A stretch of 64,000 nt of DNA, from assembly GCA_016196625.1 (NCBI GenBank), contig JACPXH010000006.1, positions 32,660-96,659 of the forward strand, read 5' to 3'. Shown piece by piece: positions 44,263-54,825 of the stretch (positions are counted from its first letter, which is position 1; each line of letters begins with the position of its first letter). Both the position numbers and the translations under genes were made by a program. The notes under the pieces are model-generated. The model made no database searches, had not been told where the DNA came from, and worked only from the letters and a program-made list of their open reading frames with translations. The stretch comes from Candidatus Parcubacteria bacterium. Lineage in GTDB: Bacteria; Patescibacteriota; Minisyncoccia; JACPXH01.

Positions 44263-45363
44263 ATGCTTGGGCGAACTCGGCGCGCAGATTACGTGCTCAT
44301 CGGGATCGTGGTCGCGCTTGTTGGCTACGGTCTTTTGGTGCTGTCGAGCGCTTCGGTGGTGCTGGCTGAAGGCCGTTTCGGCAGCCCGTACTTTTTCCTG
44401 CGCCGGCAGCTCGTGAGTCTGGGGATCGGCCTTGTGATTTTCTTTATGGCCCAGCGCATTCCCTATACCGTTTGGAAGCGGTTTGCGCCGTTCTTTCTCA
44501 TTCTTTCGGTGCTTTTGCTCGTGTTGGTTTTTGTGCCAAACTTCGGTTTCACCCACCTCGGGGCGCGCCGATGGTTTCGAATAGGAACATTCTCCATCCA
44601 GCCGGCCGAGATCGTAAAGCTTACGTTCATTTTATATCTGGCCGCGTGGCTCGAAGCGAAGCGCGAAGAGATACGGGAAGTCTGGCAGGGGGTGGTGCCG
44701 TTTGTGCTGGTGCTCGGCGTGATCGCCACGCTCATTTTGCTTGAGCCGGACTTGGGCACGCTTATGGTCGTTGCGGGCGCGGGAGTGTTCATGTACGCAA
44801 CCTCCGGCGCGCGCTTGCGGCACCTGGGCGTGCTCGCCTTGCTTGGACTCCTTGCTTTTTTGCTCGCGGTGCGCCTTGCGCCCTACCGGACTGAACGACT
44901 CCTGGCGTTTTTCAACCCGGGCGCCGATCCGCAGGGCATCGGCTATCACATCAATCAGTCGCTCATTGCCATCGGTTCGGGCGGCGTGTGGGGCAGGGGA
45001 CTCGGACACTCCATTCAAAAGTTCAACTACCTGCCGGAACCCATCGGAGATTCCATCGCTGCCATTTTAGGCGAGGAGCTTGGGTTTGTGGGGTTGGCCG
45101 TTCTTATTGCGCTTTTTTTGGCATTTATCCTTCGGGGTTTGGTGGTTGCCCGACGCGCGCCTGATCGGTTCGGCCGGTTTGTCGCGGTGGGAATCGTTTC
45201 GTGGCTGGGGCTACAAGCATTTGTCAACATTGGGGCGGTGAGCGGACTCGTGCCCTTTACCGGAATTCCGCTCCCCTTCGTGAGCTACGGCGGGAGCGCC
45301 CTGGTTGTTGCCTTGGCGGCCGTCGGTATTTTGGTTAATATTTCGAAGCATGCCCACCTTTAG
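44263..45363 (+). CDS. ftsW: SEDS-family peptidoglycan glycosyltransferase FtsW
   Basis: Ten-TM FtsW/RodA signature. Positioned between murD and murG. Confidence 0.85.
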   Translation: MLGRTRRADYVLIGIVVALVGYGLLVLSSASVVLAEGRFGSPYFFLRRQLVSLGIGLVIFFMAQRIPYTVWKRFAPFFLILSVLLLVLVFVPNFGFTHLGARRWFRIGTFSIQPAEIVKLTFILYLAAWLEAKREEIREVWQGVVPFVLVLGVIATLILLEPDLGTLMVVAGAGVFMYATSGARLRHLGVLALLGLLAFLLAVRLAPYRTERLLAFFNPGADPQGIGYHINQSLIAIGSGGVWGRGLGHSIQKFNYLPEPIGDSIAAILGEELGFVGLAVLIALFLAFILRGLVVARRAPDRFGRFVAVGIVSWLGLQAFVNIGAVSGLVPFTGIPLPFVSYGGSALVVALAAVGILVNISKHAHL

Positions 45364-46495
45364 TCTTAAACCCGATGTAACGGCGCGCATCGTGCTTTCC
45401 GGCGGTGGCACCGGCGGACATTTATTTCCCTTAGTTGCGGTCGCGCGCCAGCTTGCGATGAAAGCGGCGGCTCAAGGCCGACCGCTTGAACTTCACTATG
45501 TGGGGCCAAAACCACAGGCTGCCTCCACGTTGACGAACGAAGGAGTTGTCACTCACTTTATTTTTGCCGGCAAACTGCCACGCTACTACGCGTGGCGGCT
45601 GCCGTGGGAGCTCGTCAAACTGCCGATAAGTTTCGTACAGACGTTAGTGGTGCTTTTGAAGCTCATGCCTGATGCGGTGTTCGCCAAGGGTGGGTACGGC
45701 AGCGTGCCGGTCGCGCTGGTGGCGTGGCTGTACCGAATTCCGGTGTTTGTGCACGAATCTGACACGATCCCCGGTTTGGCCAACAGGATCATAGCTCATG
45801 TGGCGAGGCGCATTGCCGTGGCCTTTCCTGATGCGGCGCGCTTCTTTCGCGAATCGAAGGTGACTGTGACTGGCAATCCGCTCCGTCGTCCTCTCCTTGA
45901 AGGTTCAGCCGCGCGCGCGCGAGAGATATTTGCGATTAGAACGGACAAACCCATATTGCTTATTTTGGGCGGGTCGCAAGGTGCGGAGGCCATCAATGAT
46001 TTGGTCGTCGCATCGCTTCGGGATTTGCTCATCCGCTACGAGGTTATCCACCAGGTTGGCGAGGCTACCTTTGAGCGGGTGAGCGAGGAGGCGAAGGTTG
46101 AAATTGGCACAGGTTTGGAGACTGGTTACCACGCGCGGCCATTTCTGAGCGAAGCAGAGCTCGCCGACGCCTATGCGGCGGCCAGCCTCATCATTTCCCG
46201 GGCGGGCTCCGGTTTGTTCGAGATTGCCGCTTTGGGCAAGCCGGCGATTTTAATTCCGTTGCCGTCAGCCGCTCAGGACCACCAGCGCGAGAACGCTTAT
46301 GCGTATGCGCACACCGGCGCGGCGCTCATTTTGGAACAGGGGAACCTGACGCCGCATCTTTTTGCCGAGCGCATTTCTTCACTGCTTGAGCATCCCGAGA
46401 CCACGGCGCAGATGGACGAGCGCGCGAAGGCTTTTGCGAAGATTGACGCGGATGAAAAGGTGGCGGAGGAGGTGTGGAGGTTGGCGGTCGGTTAA
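45350..46495 (+). CDS. murG: undecaprenyldiphospho-muramoylpentapeptide beta-N-acetylglucosaminyltransferase MurG
   Basis: IVLSGGGTGGHLFPLVAVARQL G-loop and GT28 C-terminal domain. Start at MPTFSLKP (45350). Overlaps the ftsW stop. Confidence 0.9.
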   Translation: MPTFSLKPDVTARIVLSGGGTGGHLFPLVAVARQLAMKAAAQGRPLELHYVGPKPQAASTLTNEGVVTHFIFAGKLPRYYAWRLPWELVKLPISFVQTLVVLLKLMPDAVFAKGGYGSVPVALVAWLYRIPVFVHESDTIPGLANRIIAHVARRIAVAFPDAARFFRESKVTVTGNPLRRPLLEGSAARAREIFAIRTDKPILLILGGSQGAEAINDLVVASLRDLLIRYEVIHQVGEATFERVSEEAKVEIGTGLETGYHARPFLSEAELADAYAAASLIISRAGSGLFEIAALGKPAILIPLPSAAQDHQRENAYAYAHTGAALILEQGNLTPHLFAERISSLLEHPETTAQMDERAKAFAKIDADEKVAEEVWRLAVG

Positions 46496-46546
46496 CTGCG
46501 TCAAACATGTTTCGGTGATCGCAGTGAAATGTTACGCGGGCGATGG

Positions 46547-46583
46547 CTACTGCCATCGCCCGCTGTCTTTTCGGGTCAAGTAG
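46547..46583 (+). terminator. rho-independent terminator (GCGGGCGATGGC-TACT-GCCATCGCCCGC + TGTCTTTT)
   Basis: 12 bp stem plus T-run after murG. Confidence 0.65.
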
Positions 46584-46735
46584 GTAAAAGAGAAGCGGCC
46601 CGACGGCGAGTGCCGTCGGCCGCTGGTTAGAAGAGCCAGATGACGATGAGGAGCGTAAGGAGGAGGCACGCCCATGCGGCCACACAAGCGACCCTGGCTG
46701 CCTCACGCCTTCTCTCTATTTCCTCCTCAATGCTC

Positions 46736-46858
46736 TTTCGCCGTCATTGGCGCAAAATTGATTTCACCTTCCGATGGGTTCAGCCCAATACCGTACCCGA
46801 AAAGAAAGGCACTGAGTCCAACACCGACGACCAAGACGATGGTGATCATCCGTTCCTC
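46736..46858 (-). CDS. very small membrane protein (40 aa, below ORF-track cutoff)
   Basis: Hand translation MITIVLVVGVGLSAFLFGYGIGLNPSEGEINFAPMTAKEH. Preceded by AAGGAGGAACGG and the hairpin GCCGCCAACGGCGGC. Confidence 0.3.
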
Positions 46859-46905
46859 CTTGCCGCCGTTGGCGGCTGTTTAGGGGGACATCGTGCGAGC
46901 GGTTG

Positions 46906-47331
46906 TCAGACCGGCATCGTGATCGGGTTTTTCTTGAGCTCGGTAAGGATTTGCGCTCCCCACCGCGCTGGCACCCGTACGGGGTGGTGCTCGAAGAAGC
47001 GGTTGAGACCAACCTCGCGAAGTTCCCCACTGCACCAGCAGTCCTCGTACGCGGTGTCGAAATACCGCGTGTCGAGGACCCGAAGCTCAAAATCCTCCGG
47101 GTCCTTGCATGGGGTTCTCTGATAGTGGAAGACCCGGGCCTCCTTTCCCCGAATTTTCATTGGTGCGCTTCCAAACTCGAGGAAGCGAAGCAAGACGAAG
47201 AACGGCGGCAGGCCCGCTATTCGGGCGATGTCGCCTAACTCCATCCACCCCCAGCTGTCCTCTGCGGTCCGGCGGTCCTCTTCGGGGACTTCGTATATCA
47301 CCGGTTTCGCAACCCGCATGCGTTTTGGCAT
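46906..47331 (-). CDS. hypothetical protein
   Basis: 141 aa ORF with balanced composition. Its leader repeats the hairpin+SD of the neighbouring small gene (GCCGCCTATGGCGGCAAGGAGG). Confidence 0.45.
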   Translation of the reverse strand: MPKRMRVAKPVIYEVPEEDRRTAEDSWGWMELGDIARIAGLPPFFVLLRFLEFGSAPMKIRGKEARVFHYQRTPCKDPEDFELRVLDTRYFDTAYEDCWCSGELREVGLNRFFEHHPVRVPARWGAQILTELKKNPITMPV

Positions 47332-47520
47332 GGGCTACCTCCTTGCCGCCATAGGCGGCTGGTTAGGGGTTAAGGTGGATTGGGAATGAGCACAAAAGAT
47401 ACGGTAGCACGTGCCTATACTCTGTGTCAAGTATTGAGCAACGAAACGCTCTGCACCATTAAGTTTTAGAAGTTTCAGGCAGTTGGCATTTTGGCTTCAT
47501 TTCGTGCTAAAATAGAGTTA

Positions 47521-49086
47521 ATGCCTGAACAAAAGCAGGTTCGGGTTCGGTTTGCGCCGAGCCCCACTGGCTCGTTCCACATCGGGAATGCGCGCACGGC
47601 GCTGTTTAATTATTTGTTTGCCCGCCATGAGGACGGAACGTTTGTGCTGCGGATTGAAGATACGGACGCGGAGCGTTCGAGCGGGGAATTCGAAGCGGAG
47701 ATTCTGGCGGGGCTCACGTGGCTTGGCCTTCACTGGGACGAAGGGCCGGATAGTGGCGGTCCCTACGCTCCGTACCGGCAAAGCGAGCGGCGAACGTCGT
47801 ACGAGGAATATGCGAGGCGGCTTTTGGCAAAGGGGCAAGCATATTTTTGCTACTGCACCGAAGAGGAGTTGGAAGCGCAGAAGCAAGACCTCGCGAGCCG
47901 GGGTGAGTCGCCAAGGTACTCGGGGCGATGCCGCAATTTGACGGAGGCAGAGCGAGCCAAGTTCCAGAGAGAAGGCAGGTCGGCGGTGCTGCGTTTTCAG
48001 GTACCCGAGCGCGAGGTGAGTTTCAAGGATCTCATCCGCGGCAAGATATCGTTTGATATGGCGCTGGTGGGCGACTTCTCGATTGCGAAAGTGGCCCTAA
48101 ACCGCCCGACTGCTCTGCAGTCGGGCGGTCAGGCGACTCGAGCGACGGAGTCGCTCGAGTTTAGCCCCCTCTACAACTTTTCCGTGGTCGTTGACGATTT
48201 CGAGATGCGAATTTCACACGTGATCCGCGGGGAAGACCATATCTCCAACACTCCCAAGCAGCTGCTCTTGCAAGAAGCGCTCGGCTTCTCGTGCCCGGAG
48301 TATGCGCATTTGCCTTTGATTTTGGGGCCAGATCGGTCGAAGCTTTCCTCACGGCACGGCGCAACGTCGCTCAAAGCGTATCGAGAAGATGGCTTTTTAG
48401 CAGGAGCAATGTTGAACATTCTTGCGTTCCTTGGCTGGAACCCGGGCGGCACGCGCGAGATGTTATCGCTCGAGGAACTCATCAAGGAGTTTTCTCTCGC
48501 GAGGGTGCACAAGGCCGGCGCAGTATTTAACGCAAACCGCCTCGAGTGGCTCAACGCGCAGTACCTTCGAGCCCTCGCGCCCGAAGCGCTGCTTGAGTGC
48601 GCGGTGCCATTTTTGGTTTCCGCCGGATTACTTCAACCAGCCGACGGGGGATACCGAATAGTAAAAACCGGTGAACAGATGTCAGACTCGTACCTGCAGG
48701 CAGTGCTGAGGCTTGAACAAGGCCGCATGAAGAAGCTTTCCGAGATTGCGGCACTCACCGAGTTTTTCTTTGTGGACGTGCCTGACTACGACGCAAACCT
48801 TCTGCCGTGGAAAGGACGCGGTAAAGAAGATACCCGCGAGGCGCTGGAGGCCGTAGGCGCGGTTATCGAGGCTGTCCCCGCCGAGGACTTCACCGTGGGT
48901 CGGCTCTCCGAGGGTCTGCTGGCCGTTGCGGCCGAGCGGGGAGATCGGGGCATCGTCCTATGGCCGTTAAGGGTGGCGCTCACCGGCAGAGAAGCGTCGC
49001 CGGATCCGATCGAGATTGCGGCGATATTGGGGAAAGATAAGACGGCGAAACGCCTGCAAGCAGCGATTACTAAACTTCGGGACTGA
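47521..49086 (+). CDS. gltX: glutamate--tRNA ligase
   Basis: VRVRFAPSPTGSFHIGNARTALFNY (HIGH-type), KLSSRHG (KMSKS-type) and the anticodon-binding C-terminus. Confidence 0.9.
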   Translation: MPEQKQVRVRFAPSPTGSFHIGNARTALFNYLFARHEDGTFVLRIEDTDAERSSGEFEAEILAGLTWLGLHWDEGPDSGGPYAPYRQSERRTSYEEYARRLLAKGQAYFCYCTEEELEAQKQDLASRGESPRYSGRCRNLTEAERAKFQREGRSAVLRFQVPEREVSFKDLIRGKISFDMALVGDFSIAKVALNRPTALQSGGQATRATESLEFSPLYNFSVVVDDFEMRISHVIRGEDHISNTPKQLLLQEALGFSCPEYAHLPLILGPDRSKLSSRHGATSLKAYREDGFLAGAMLNILAFLGWNPGGTREMLSLEELIKEFSLARVHKAGAVFNANRLEWLNAQYLRALAPEALLECAVPFLVSAGLLQPADGGYRIVKTGEQMSDSYLQAVLRLEQGRMKKLSEIAALTEFFFVDVPDYDANLLPWKGRGKEDTREALEAVGAVIEAVPAEDFTVGRLSEGLLAVAAERGDRGIVLWPLRVALTGREASPDPIEIAAILGKDKTAKRLQAAITKLRD

Positions 49087-49194
49087 AGAAATCCCAATGT
49101 CAACCCCGTCAGAAAATAAGGTTTTGCCCTATCGAAAGTGGAAGCTTTCTCTTTTAGGTGATGGGTCGAAGAAAGTAAGGCCAACGAGTTTTCT

Positions 49195-49292
49195 AACGGG
49201 GTCAAAATCCAAATACCAAATCAAGCTCAAGGCCAAAAGCTCAAAACAGTTTTGTCATTGGGATTTTGGATTTGATTTGACATTTGAGCTTT
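49195..49292. repeat. inverted heptamer arrays (…CAAAATC CAAATAC CAAATCA AGCTCAA … / TTTTGTC ATTGGGA TTTTGGA TTTGATT TGACATT TGAGCTT TGGCATT TG)
   Basis: Same repeat style as 36338-36428. Located between gltX and the M23 peptidase gene. Confidence 0.7.
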
Positions 49293-50536
49293 GGCATTTG
49301 TCATTTATTTCTCTCCGGGCAGCTATTTTGGCAATCATCCTCGCATTCACGGCGCTGTTGTGGCCGGCATTGGTGCAGGGGGCTCCGATTGACGACCTCC
49401 GACAGCAAATCGAGGCGAAATCCAAAGAGATCCAGAGTCTCGAGGAGGAAGCGCGCAAGTATCAAGCGGAAATCAAGGCGAAACAGAAAGAACAGAACAC
49501 CCTCGCGAATCAAATCATCCAAATTGCAAGCCGCATCGCAAAACTCTCGCTCGACATTCGGCTCACCGAAGCGAAGATTGCCAAGACCGAGTTTCAAATT
49601 GAGCAGATTGCCCTTGAGATCGACCGGCGCAACGAAGAGATTGAAGGCGAGAAGCGAACGTTGGCGCAGGCGATTCGGGTGCTCTCAGCCTACGACGGGG
49701 AAGCGATGCTTGCGGTCGTGCTCAAGAATCCGACCTTCTCCAAGTTCCTCGATCAGGTGCAGTACGTATCCAACCTGCAGGGAGAAATTCAGCGCAAGCT
49801 CGAGAGCGTCAAGTTGCTCAAGGCAAGTCTCGAGGAGGAAAAAAGCGATCTGGAAACAAAACGCGACGAGCTGGACGATCTACGAGGACAGCTCGACGCC
49901 CAGCGGCAGCTCGCCCGCGACCAGCGGAGCGAACGAGAAAGTTTGCTCAAGCAGACACGCAACCAAGAAGCGCGCTACCAGTCGTTGCTGAAAGATATCC
50001 GCAGCCGCCAGCTCGAAATCCAACAGGAAATCGTTGATCTGGAAGAAAAGCTGCGCCGCGCCATTGATCCTTCCGGCGTGCCCGGCGCGCGTCCGGGCGT
50101 GCTCACTTGGCCTCTGGAGGGAGTGTTGAGTCAGGGGTATGGCCCCACTAGTGCTACTGGGTTTACCAATGACGGCTATAAATTTCACAACGGCGTGGAC
50201 ATTGCAGCTGCCTTCGGTAGCCCCGTGCGCGCCGCGCGCGACGGCAAGGTCGTGGGAGTAGGGGACTTGGGCCGGTGGGCCTACGGCCGGTGGGTGGCGG
50301 TCGAACACGGCAACGGACTGAACACGCTCTACGCGCATCTCTCGTTGGCTGCGGCTCGTCCCGGTCAGACGGTTCGACGCGGTGAGATTGTTGGTTATGA
50401 AGGCTCAACCGGCTTTTCCACCGGCCCGCATTTGCACTTTACGGTTTACGCTTCAAGCACTTTTCGTTTCGAGGAGCGGCCATACGGCACGCTGCCGGTG
50501 GGCGGGTCAATCAATCCGCTCGACTATTTGCCGTGA
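49288..50536 (+). CDS. M23-family peptidase with N-terminal signal peptide and long coiled coil (EnvC-like)
   Basis: LytM/M23 catalytic domain (HNGVDIAAAFGSPVRAARDGKV...YAHLS...TGPHLHF). TTG start proposed at 49288. The track's ORF from 49016 crosses the repeat region. Confidence 0.75.
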
Positions 50537-50697
50537 GAATTTTTCCGGAGGGTTGACGTAGTTCTACTGTGGCCTATATAACTATGGTACGGAGGAAGAA
50601 ATCATTGTAAGTCTGTTTTTGGGAGGTAGCAGTCGCGGTTTTATGTGTCGGTATGCCCCGCGCCGGAGATATCGGCGCGTGGGGGGAGGGAGGAAGC

Positions 50698-51207
50698 GTG
50701 GACTTGAAAAGCGAGCTCGACGGAGAAATCGAGCGGCTACGTAGTTGGCTTAAAGAGCTGGCAGCGCAACGTTTGCCGGCTTTTCAGCGGTGGAAGGCGG
50801 CCCAGCAGAGTTTGCGCGCAGCTGAGTGGGCAGTCCGCTTGCTGCTCGTGCGTGCCGACGGTTCGCTGTTATACGAGAGGTTTTGCGAGCTGCAAGCGGA
50901 GTATCTGGGCAAACTGGCCGAGCTTGAAGAGGAGGAGGCGTGGGGAGTGGACGCTTATCCGTTGTTCCGGCATGTGCTGGAAGGGCAAGTACAGTTGGTG
51001 AAGGAGGCGGCGGCAGTAGCCGGAGCGCATGGGCAAACCGTCCCCGAGTGGATTGGGGCCGCGCTTTCGCTCGCCATCGCGACGTTGGTCAACGGAGCCG
51101 AGCAGGCCGGGATGTTCGACCGCGCCGAGGGGATAGCGGTGCGCACCGGCTATGCCGAGCGAATCGCAGCGGTACTCAATGCATCATCAAAGGAGGGAGG
51201 GTTATGA
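50698..51207 (+). CDS. hypothetical protein (GTG start)
   Basis: GGGAGGGAGGAAGC-GTG. 169 aa. Confidence 0.4.
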   Translation: MDLKSELDGEIERLRSWLKELAAQRLPAFQRWKAAQQSLRAAEWAVRLLLVRADGSLLYERFCELQAEYLGKLAELEEEEAWGVDAYPLFRHVLEGQVQLVKEAAAVAGAHGQTVPEWIGAALSLAIATLVNGAEQAGMFDRAEGIAVRTGYAERIAAVLNASSKEGGL

Positions 51208-51692
51208 TTAGTGGATTCGTTCTGGCGGCGCTGATGGTTTTTGTTTGGTTGGTAGGATGGTGTCTGGGCGTGCGCAGTCGACGTCAGCACGAGAAGCTGC
51301 AACGCCACCAGCACCGTCTCCTCAAGGTGCATAGTGCGCTCATGGGTTGTGCCCACGAGGGCAAGATCAGCTGGGACGACGCGACATTCAAGTTCTTCCG
51401 GCAGGAGCTCAACAAGCTTATCTTCGGCCTGACACCGTCGCTCAAGGCGATCGTGTCGTTCCTGCAGGCAAGCGCGTTGATGGAACTTGCACAGGATGTC
51501 GAACGGCGCGCGGCAGTGATCCGCCCGCTCAACCCCGATGTTCAAGAGGTGGTTTCGTTGCTCTACCACGAGATCGCGAGCGTTCTGTGGAGCTTTAGTT
51601 GGTTTGTTCGTTTTTTCAGGACCGTGGATGTGATCGAGGATCTGCTGCGAATGCGGCGCATCTTGTCTGAGCCGCAACCATACGCGGCTTGA
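51204..51692 (+). CDS. hypothetical membrane protein
   Basis: AAGGAGGGAGGGTT-ATG overlapping the previous stop. One N-terminal TM helix. Terminator at 51697-51735. Confidence 0.45.
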   Translation: MISGFVLAALMVFVWLVGWCLGVRSRRQHEKLQRHQHRLLKVHSALMGCAHEGKISWDDATFKFFRQELNKLIFGLTPSLKAIVSFLQASALMELAQDVERRAAVIRPLNPDVQEVVSLLYHEIASVLWSFSWFVRFFRTVDVIEDLLRMRRILSEPQPYAA

Positions 51693-51988
51693 GTTGCACT
51701 GACCCCGCGCCACTTGGCGCGGGGTCTGATACTTCTTGGCAGCAGGGGAGTGAGGAGCGGTGGCTCGCGGCCGTGCGTGCACGCCTTACGGCACGCGCGG
51801 AAACTTTTGTGAGATATTTTTCATTGCGCACGGTATGCTGCCGCTGTGTTCATAGCCGACGTTTGTGAACATCGGTGGGCGGTTAGAATTTCCCAGCTTT
51901 TTGGTTTAGGTGGGTGTGGATAACTGATTCGGCTGCTTTGTGGTCTAGTAATATAATTGGGTATAATAACCCTTACATGTAGTTAAGC

Positions 51989-52966
51989 ATGATTCATTCT
52001 GCTGCTTCTCCCCAGTCTCATGAGATCGGAACTTCCCTACCAGAGCTCGACGATTTTCTCCTCTCTTTGGAGACGAATGGTTTTTCGCCAGAGACCGTCT
52101 ATAACTACGAGCGCGACTTGAATGCGTTCGCCTACTTCTTGCAGCACGACGTTCGCCTCGATTTTTCTCAGGTCACGAAAATTACCGTTGATCGGTTCAA
52201 GGCCTACTTGAGTTCGTTAGATCGCAAAACGTCGCAGGGGCAGCAGGCGCATGAACGCCTTTCGGCGAATTCGATGAACCGGATGCTTTCCAGTCTGCGT
52301 CGCTATCTTACGTACCTTATCGATCGTGACCTCCCGGTGCCCCTTACGCCGGCGAGCGTCAAATTAGTTAAGACGCCCCGTCGTCATCCGCGCGTTGCGG
52401 AGCTTGAATTGTTGGTAAAACTGATTGAATCGCCGGCGCAGTTTGAACATGTTAACGCCGTGGCGTTGCGCAACCGTGCGATGCTTGAAGTACTGTTTGC
52501 AACCGGCATGCGGATCTCCGAGCTTATTTCGCTCAATCGCAACCAGGTCGATGCTTCCGGCCGCATTTTCATCCGTGGCAAGGGCAAGAAGGAACGGTTC
52601 GTATACTTGACCTCGCGTGCAAAAAGACACATAGATAAGTACTTGTCAATACGTGCTGACAGCCACCCGGCTCTTTTTATCCCCTACCGCGGCCAGAACG
52701 TCGCAAGTACGCGCACCCGCATCTCGTCCAATTACCTCCAGATGAAAATCAAACAGTACCGCGAGCGTCTGGGCATCAACGTGCCCACCTCGGCCCATTC
52801 GCTCCGGCACGGCTTTGCGACGTATCTGGCCGAAGCTGGAGCAAGCCCGGCCGCGATTCAAATTCTACTCGGGCACGAGTCGCTCGATACGACGACCCGG
52901 TATGTCCACGCCTCGGATCGGTACGCCGAAGAGACGCATCGGAAGTTTCACCCTTTGAAAAAGTAG
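51989..52966 (+). CDS. tyrosine site-specific recombinase (XerC/XerD-like)
   Basis: N-terminal SAM-like domain and C-terminal catalytic domain with R...HxxR...Y (GMRISEL, HSLRHGFATYL, TTTRYVHAS). Confidence 0.85.
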   Translation: MIHSAASPQSHEIGTSLPELDDFLLSLETNGFSPETVYNYERDLNAFAYFLQHDVRLDFSQVTKITVDRFKAYLSSLDRKTSQGQQAHERLSANSMNRMLSSLRRYLTYLIDRDLPVPLTPASVKLVKTPRRHPRVAELELLVKLIESPAQFEHVNAVALRNRAMLEVLFATGMRISELISLNRNQVDASGRIFIRGKGKKERFVYLTSRAKRHIDKYLSIRADSHPALFIPYRGQNVASTRTRISSNYLQMKIKQYRERLGINVPTSAHSLRHGFATYLAEAGASPAAIQILLGHESLDTTTRYVHASDRYAEETHRKFHPLKK

Positions 52967-52983
52967 CTGTCGAGCCACAAAAG

Positions 52984-53012
52984 GTTCGCCCACCTGGCAT
53001 ACTCCCAGGTGG
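52984..53012. terminator. bidirectional hairpin (GCCCACCTGG-CATACTC-CCAGGTGGGC)
   Basis: Perfect 10 bp stem between convergent genes. Confidence 0.55.
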
Positions 53013-53047
53013 GCGCGTGTTCGCGGCGGCCGTCATGATGCGACCTC

Positions 53048-53362
53048 CTACGCGTTCCGGCCGGTGGGCGGACGTATCGGCAGCACGATCGTAGACGTGA
53101 GTTTGGCGATGGGCGTAATGCGGACGCCCTTAGCGGTCTCGCCATTCTTGCGCGTGCCGCGTTTTGGTCTGACGCGGACCACGCAGCAGAGTTCAGGCGC
53201 GCCGTTCAAGTCAACCATCTGAAGACCGACGATGATAACTTCCGTACCCGTCTTGAACTTTGTTCCCCCGCCGTCGCCGTTCCAGAACGTACCCTGGACC
53301 GGTTGCCCCCCGACCGTAAACCGGAAAGGTCCGGGCGCTCGCGCGCCGCGAATTCGCTTCGG
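53048..53362 (-). CDS. hypothetical protein (105 aa)
   Basis: AAGGAGGGGG before the start at MPKRIRG. The longer track ORF (to 53554) adds an unlikely N-terminal extension. Confidence 0.4.
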   Translation of the reverse strand, partial: PKRIRGARAPGPFRFTVGGQPVQGTFWNGDGGGTKFKTGTEVIIVGLQMVDLNGAPELCCVVRVRPKRGTRKNGETAKGVRITPIAKLTSTIVLPIRPPTGRNA

Positions 53363-53460
53363 CATCGCACCCCCTCCTTTCGGGCGATGGTGTGTTGATG
53401 AAGTGCCGCGCTTCAGTCTCACTTTACAGCGTCTCGTCCAACCTGCAAGATGTGGATAAT

Positions 53461-54660
53461 ATGAAGATCTCTTACTCGGCTCTCGACACCTTCCAGAGCT
53501 GCCCGCAAAAATACAAATTTCAGGAGATTGATCGCATTCGCGTCCCCAAGTCAAAAGAGGCGGTGTTTGGGACGCTGGTGCATCAGACGCTCAAGTTCCT
53601 CTATTCGCAAGAGCCGGCAGTGCCCACGCTCGAAGAGGCGCTTCAATACTTTCGTGACCACTGGCCCATCGACGCGGCTCGGGGCAGGCCCCTTGACGGC
53701 AGTGCCGCCCAGACGCTCTGGGCAAGCGAAGCGGAGGAAGCGGCGTACAAAGCCGAAGGAGAACGGATGGTGGCTGAGTACTACCGAGAAGCATTCCCCC
53801 ACTCTAGCCGCACCGTGGCGGTTGAGACGTCTTTTGAGGCGCCGATCGAGGATCCGGCGTCAGGCGAAATGCATCTGCTCAAAGGCAAGATTGACCGCAT
53901 TGACAAGCACCCTGACGGCACCTTTGAGATCGTGGATTACAAAACTGCGCGCCGCATGCCCGCACAGTCCTCGGTTGATGACGACTTGCAGCTGTCGTTG
54001 TATCAATTGGGGCTGGCCGAGCGGTGGCCCAATTTGAAAATTCCGAAAGTGAAGTTGACACTCTATTTTCTCCGGCATGGGCTCGCGGTTTCAACGAGCC
54101 GCACCGCAGTAAACATTCAGGAGACCAAGGCCGAAGTGGTGCGGCTCATCAACGAAATTAAGACAAGCGATTTTCGTCCCATGCCCGGGCCACTCTGCGA
54201 CTGGTGCGGATACCGGCCCATCTGTCCCATGTGGCGGCACTTGTACGAGAAAGACAAAGTTGAGATGGATCCGGAAATGGTGCGCGCAAAGCTCCGAGAG
54301 TTTTTCGAGCTTAAAAAAACCGCGGCTGATTCAGATGCGCGCCTCGTGGGATTACGAAAAGAAATCGGATCGTATCTCGACGCGAAAGGGTTGGATCGGG
54401 TCTTCGGTGACGAGGGTCACATCACGCGACTCAAGGTGGCGCGCTCGACCTACGACTTGAGCAAGCTCAAAGAGATTCTCGAGCCGCTCGGCAAATGGGA
54501 AGCCGTGCTCGCCGTGGACTCGGCGAAATTGAAGCAGCTTTTATCCGAACTCCCCTCCCCGATTCGCAAAAAGATTGAATCAGCGAAGGTGGTCAAATCC
54601 GAAGGCACCTCGATTCAGGCCACCCGGGCGAAGGTCAAGGCGCCTGCGCGTGCATATTGA
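53461..54660 (+). CDS. PD-(D/E)XK nuclease family protein, Cas4/RecB-like with Cys cluster
   Basis: N-terminal CPQKY and C-terminal CDWCGYRPICPMW cysteines (Cas4/AddB-type Fe-S arrangement). D...IVDYKT nuclease motif (DRIDKHPDGTFEIVDYKT). Confidence 0.65.
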   Translation: MKISYSALDTFQSCPQKYKFQEIDRIRVPKSKEAVFGTLVHQTLKFLYSQEPAVPTLEEALQYFRDHWPIDAARGRPLDGSAAQTLWASEAEEAAYKAEGERMVAEYYREAFPHSSRTVAVETSFEAPIEDPASGEMHLLKGKIDRIDKHPDGTFEIVDYKTARRMPAQSSVDDDLQLSLYQLGLAERWPNLKIPKVKLTLYFLRHGLAVSTSRTAVNIQETKAEVVRLINEIKTSDFRPMPGPLCDWCGYRPICPMWRHLYEKDKVEMDPEMVRAKLREFFELKKTAADSDARLVGLRKEIGSYLDAKGLDRVFGDEGHITRLKVARSTYDLSKLKEILEPLGKWEAVLAVDSAKLKQLLSELPSPIRKKIESAKVVKSEGTSIQATRAKVKAPARAY

Positions 54661-54825
54661 CAGAAAAACAGCTTGGTGATTGTGTGTGCTTGGCGGCGTT
54701 GGGGTCGTCACAATCTGCTGGAAGATGAAGAAGCCGGATAACCTTCGTTGTCAGTCCGACGTAACTGCGGCGGGGTGACCAGAATGAAGAGGGCTCGGCC
54801 AAGGCCGAACCCCCCACCTTTTATT

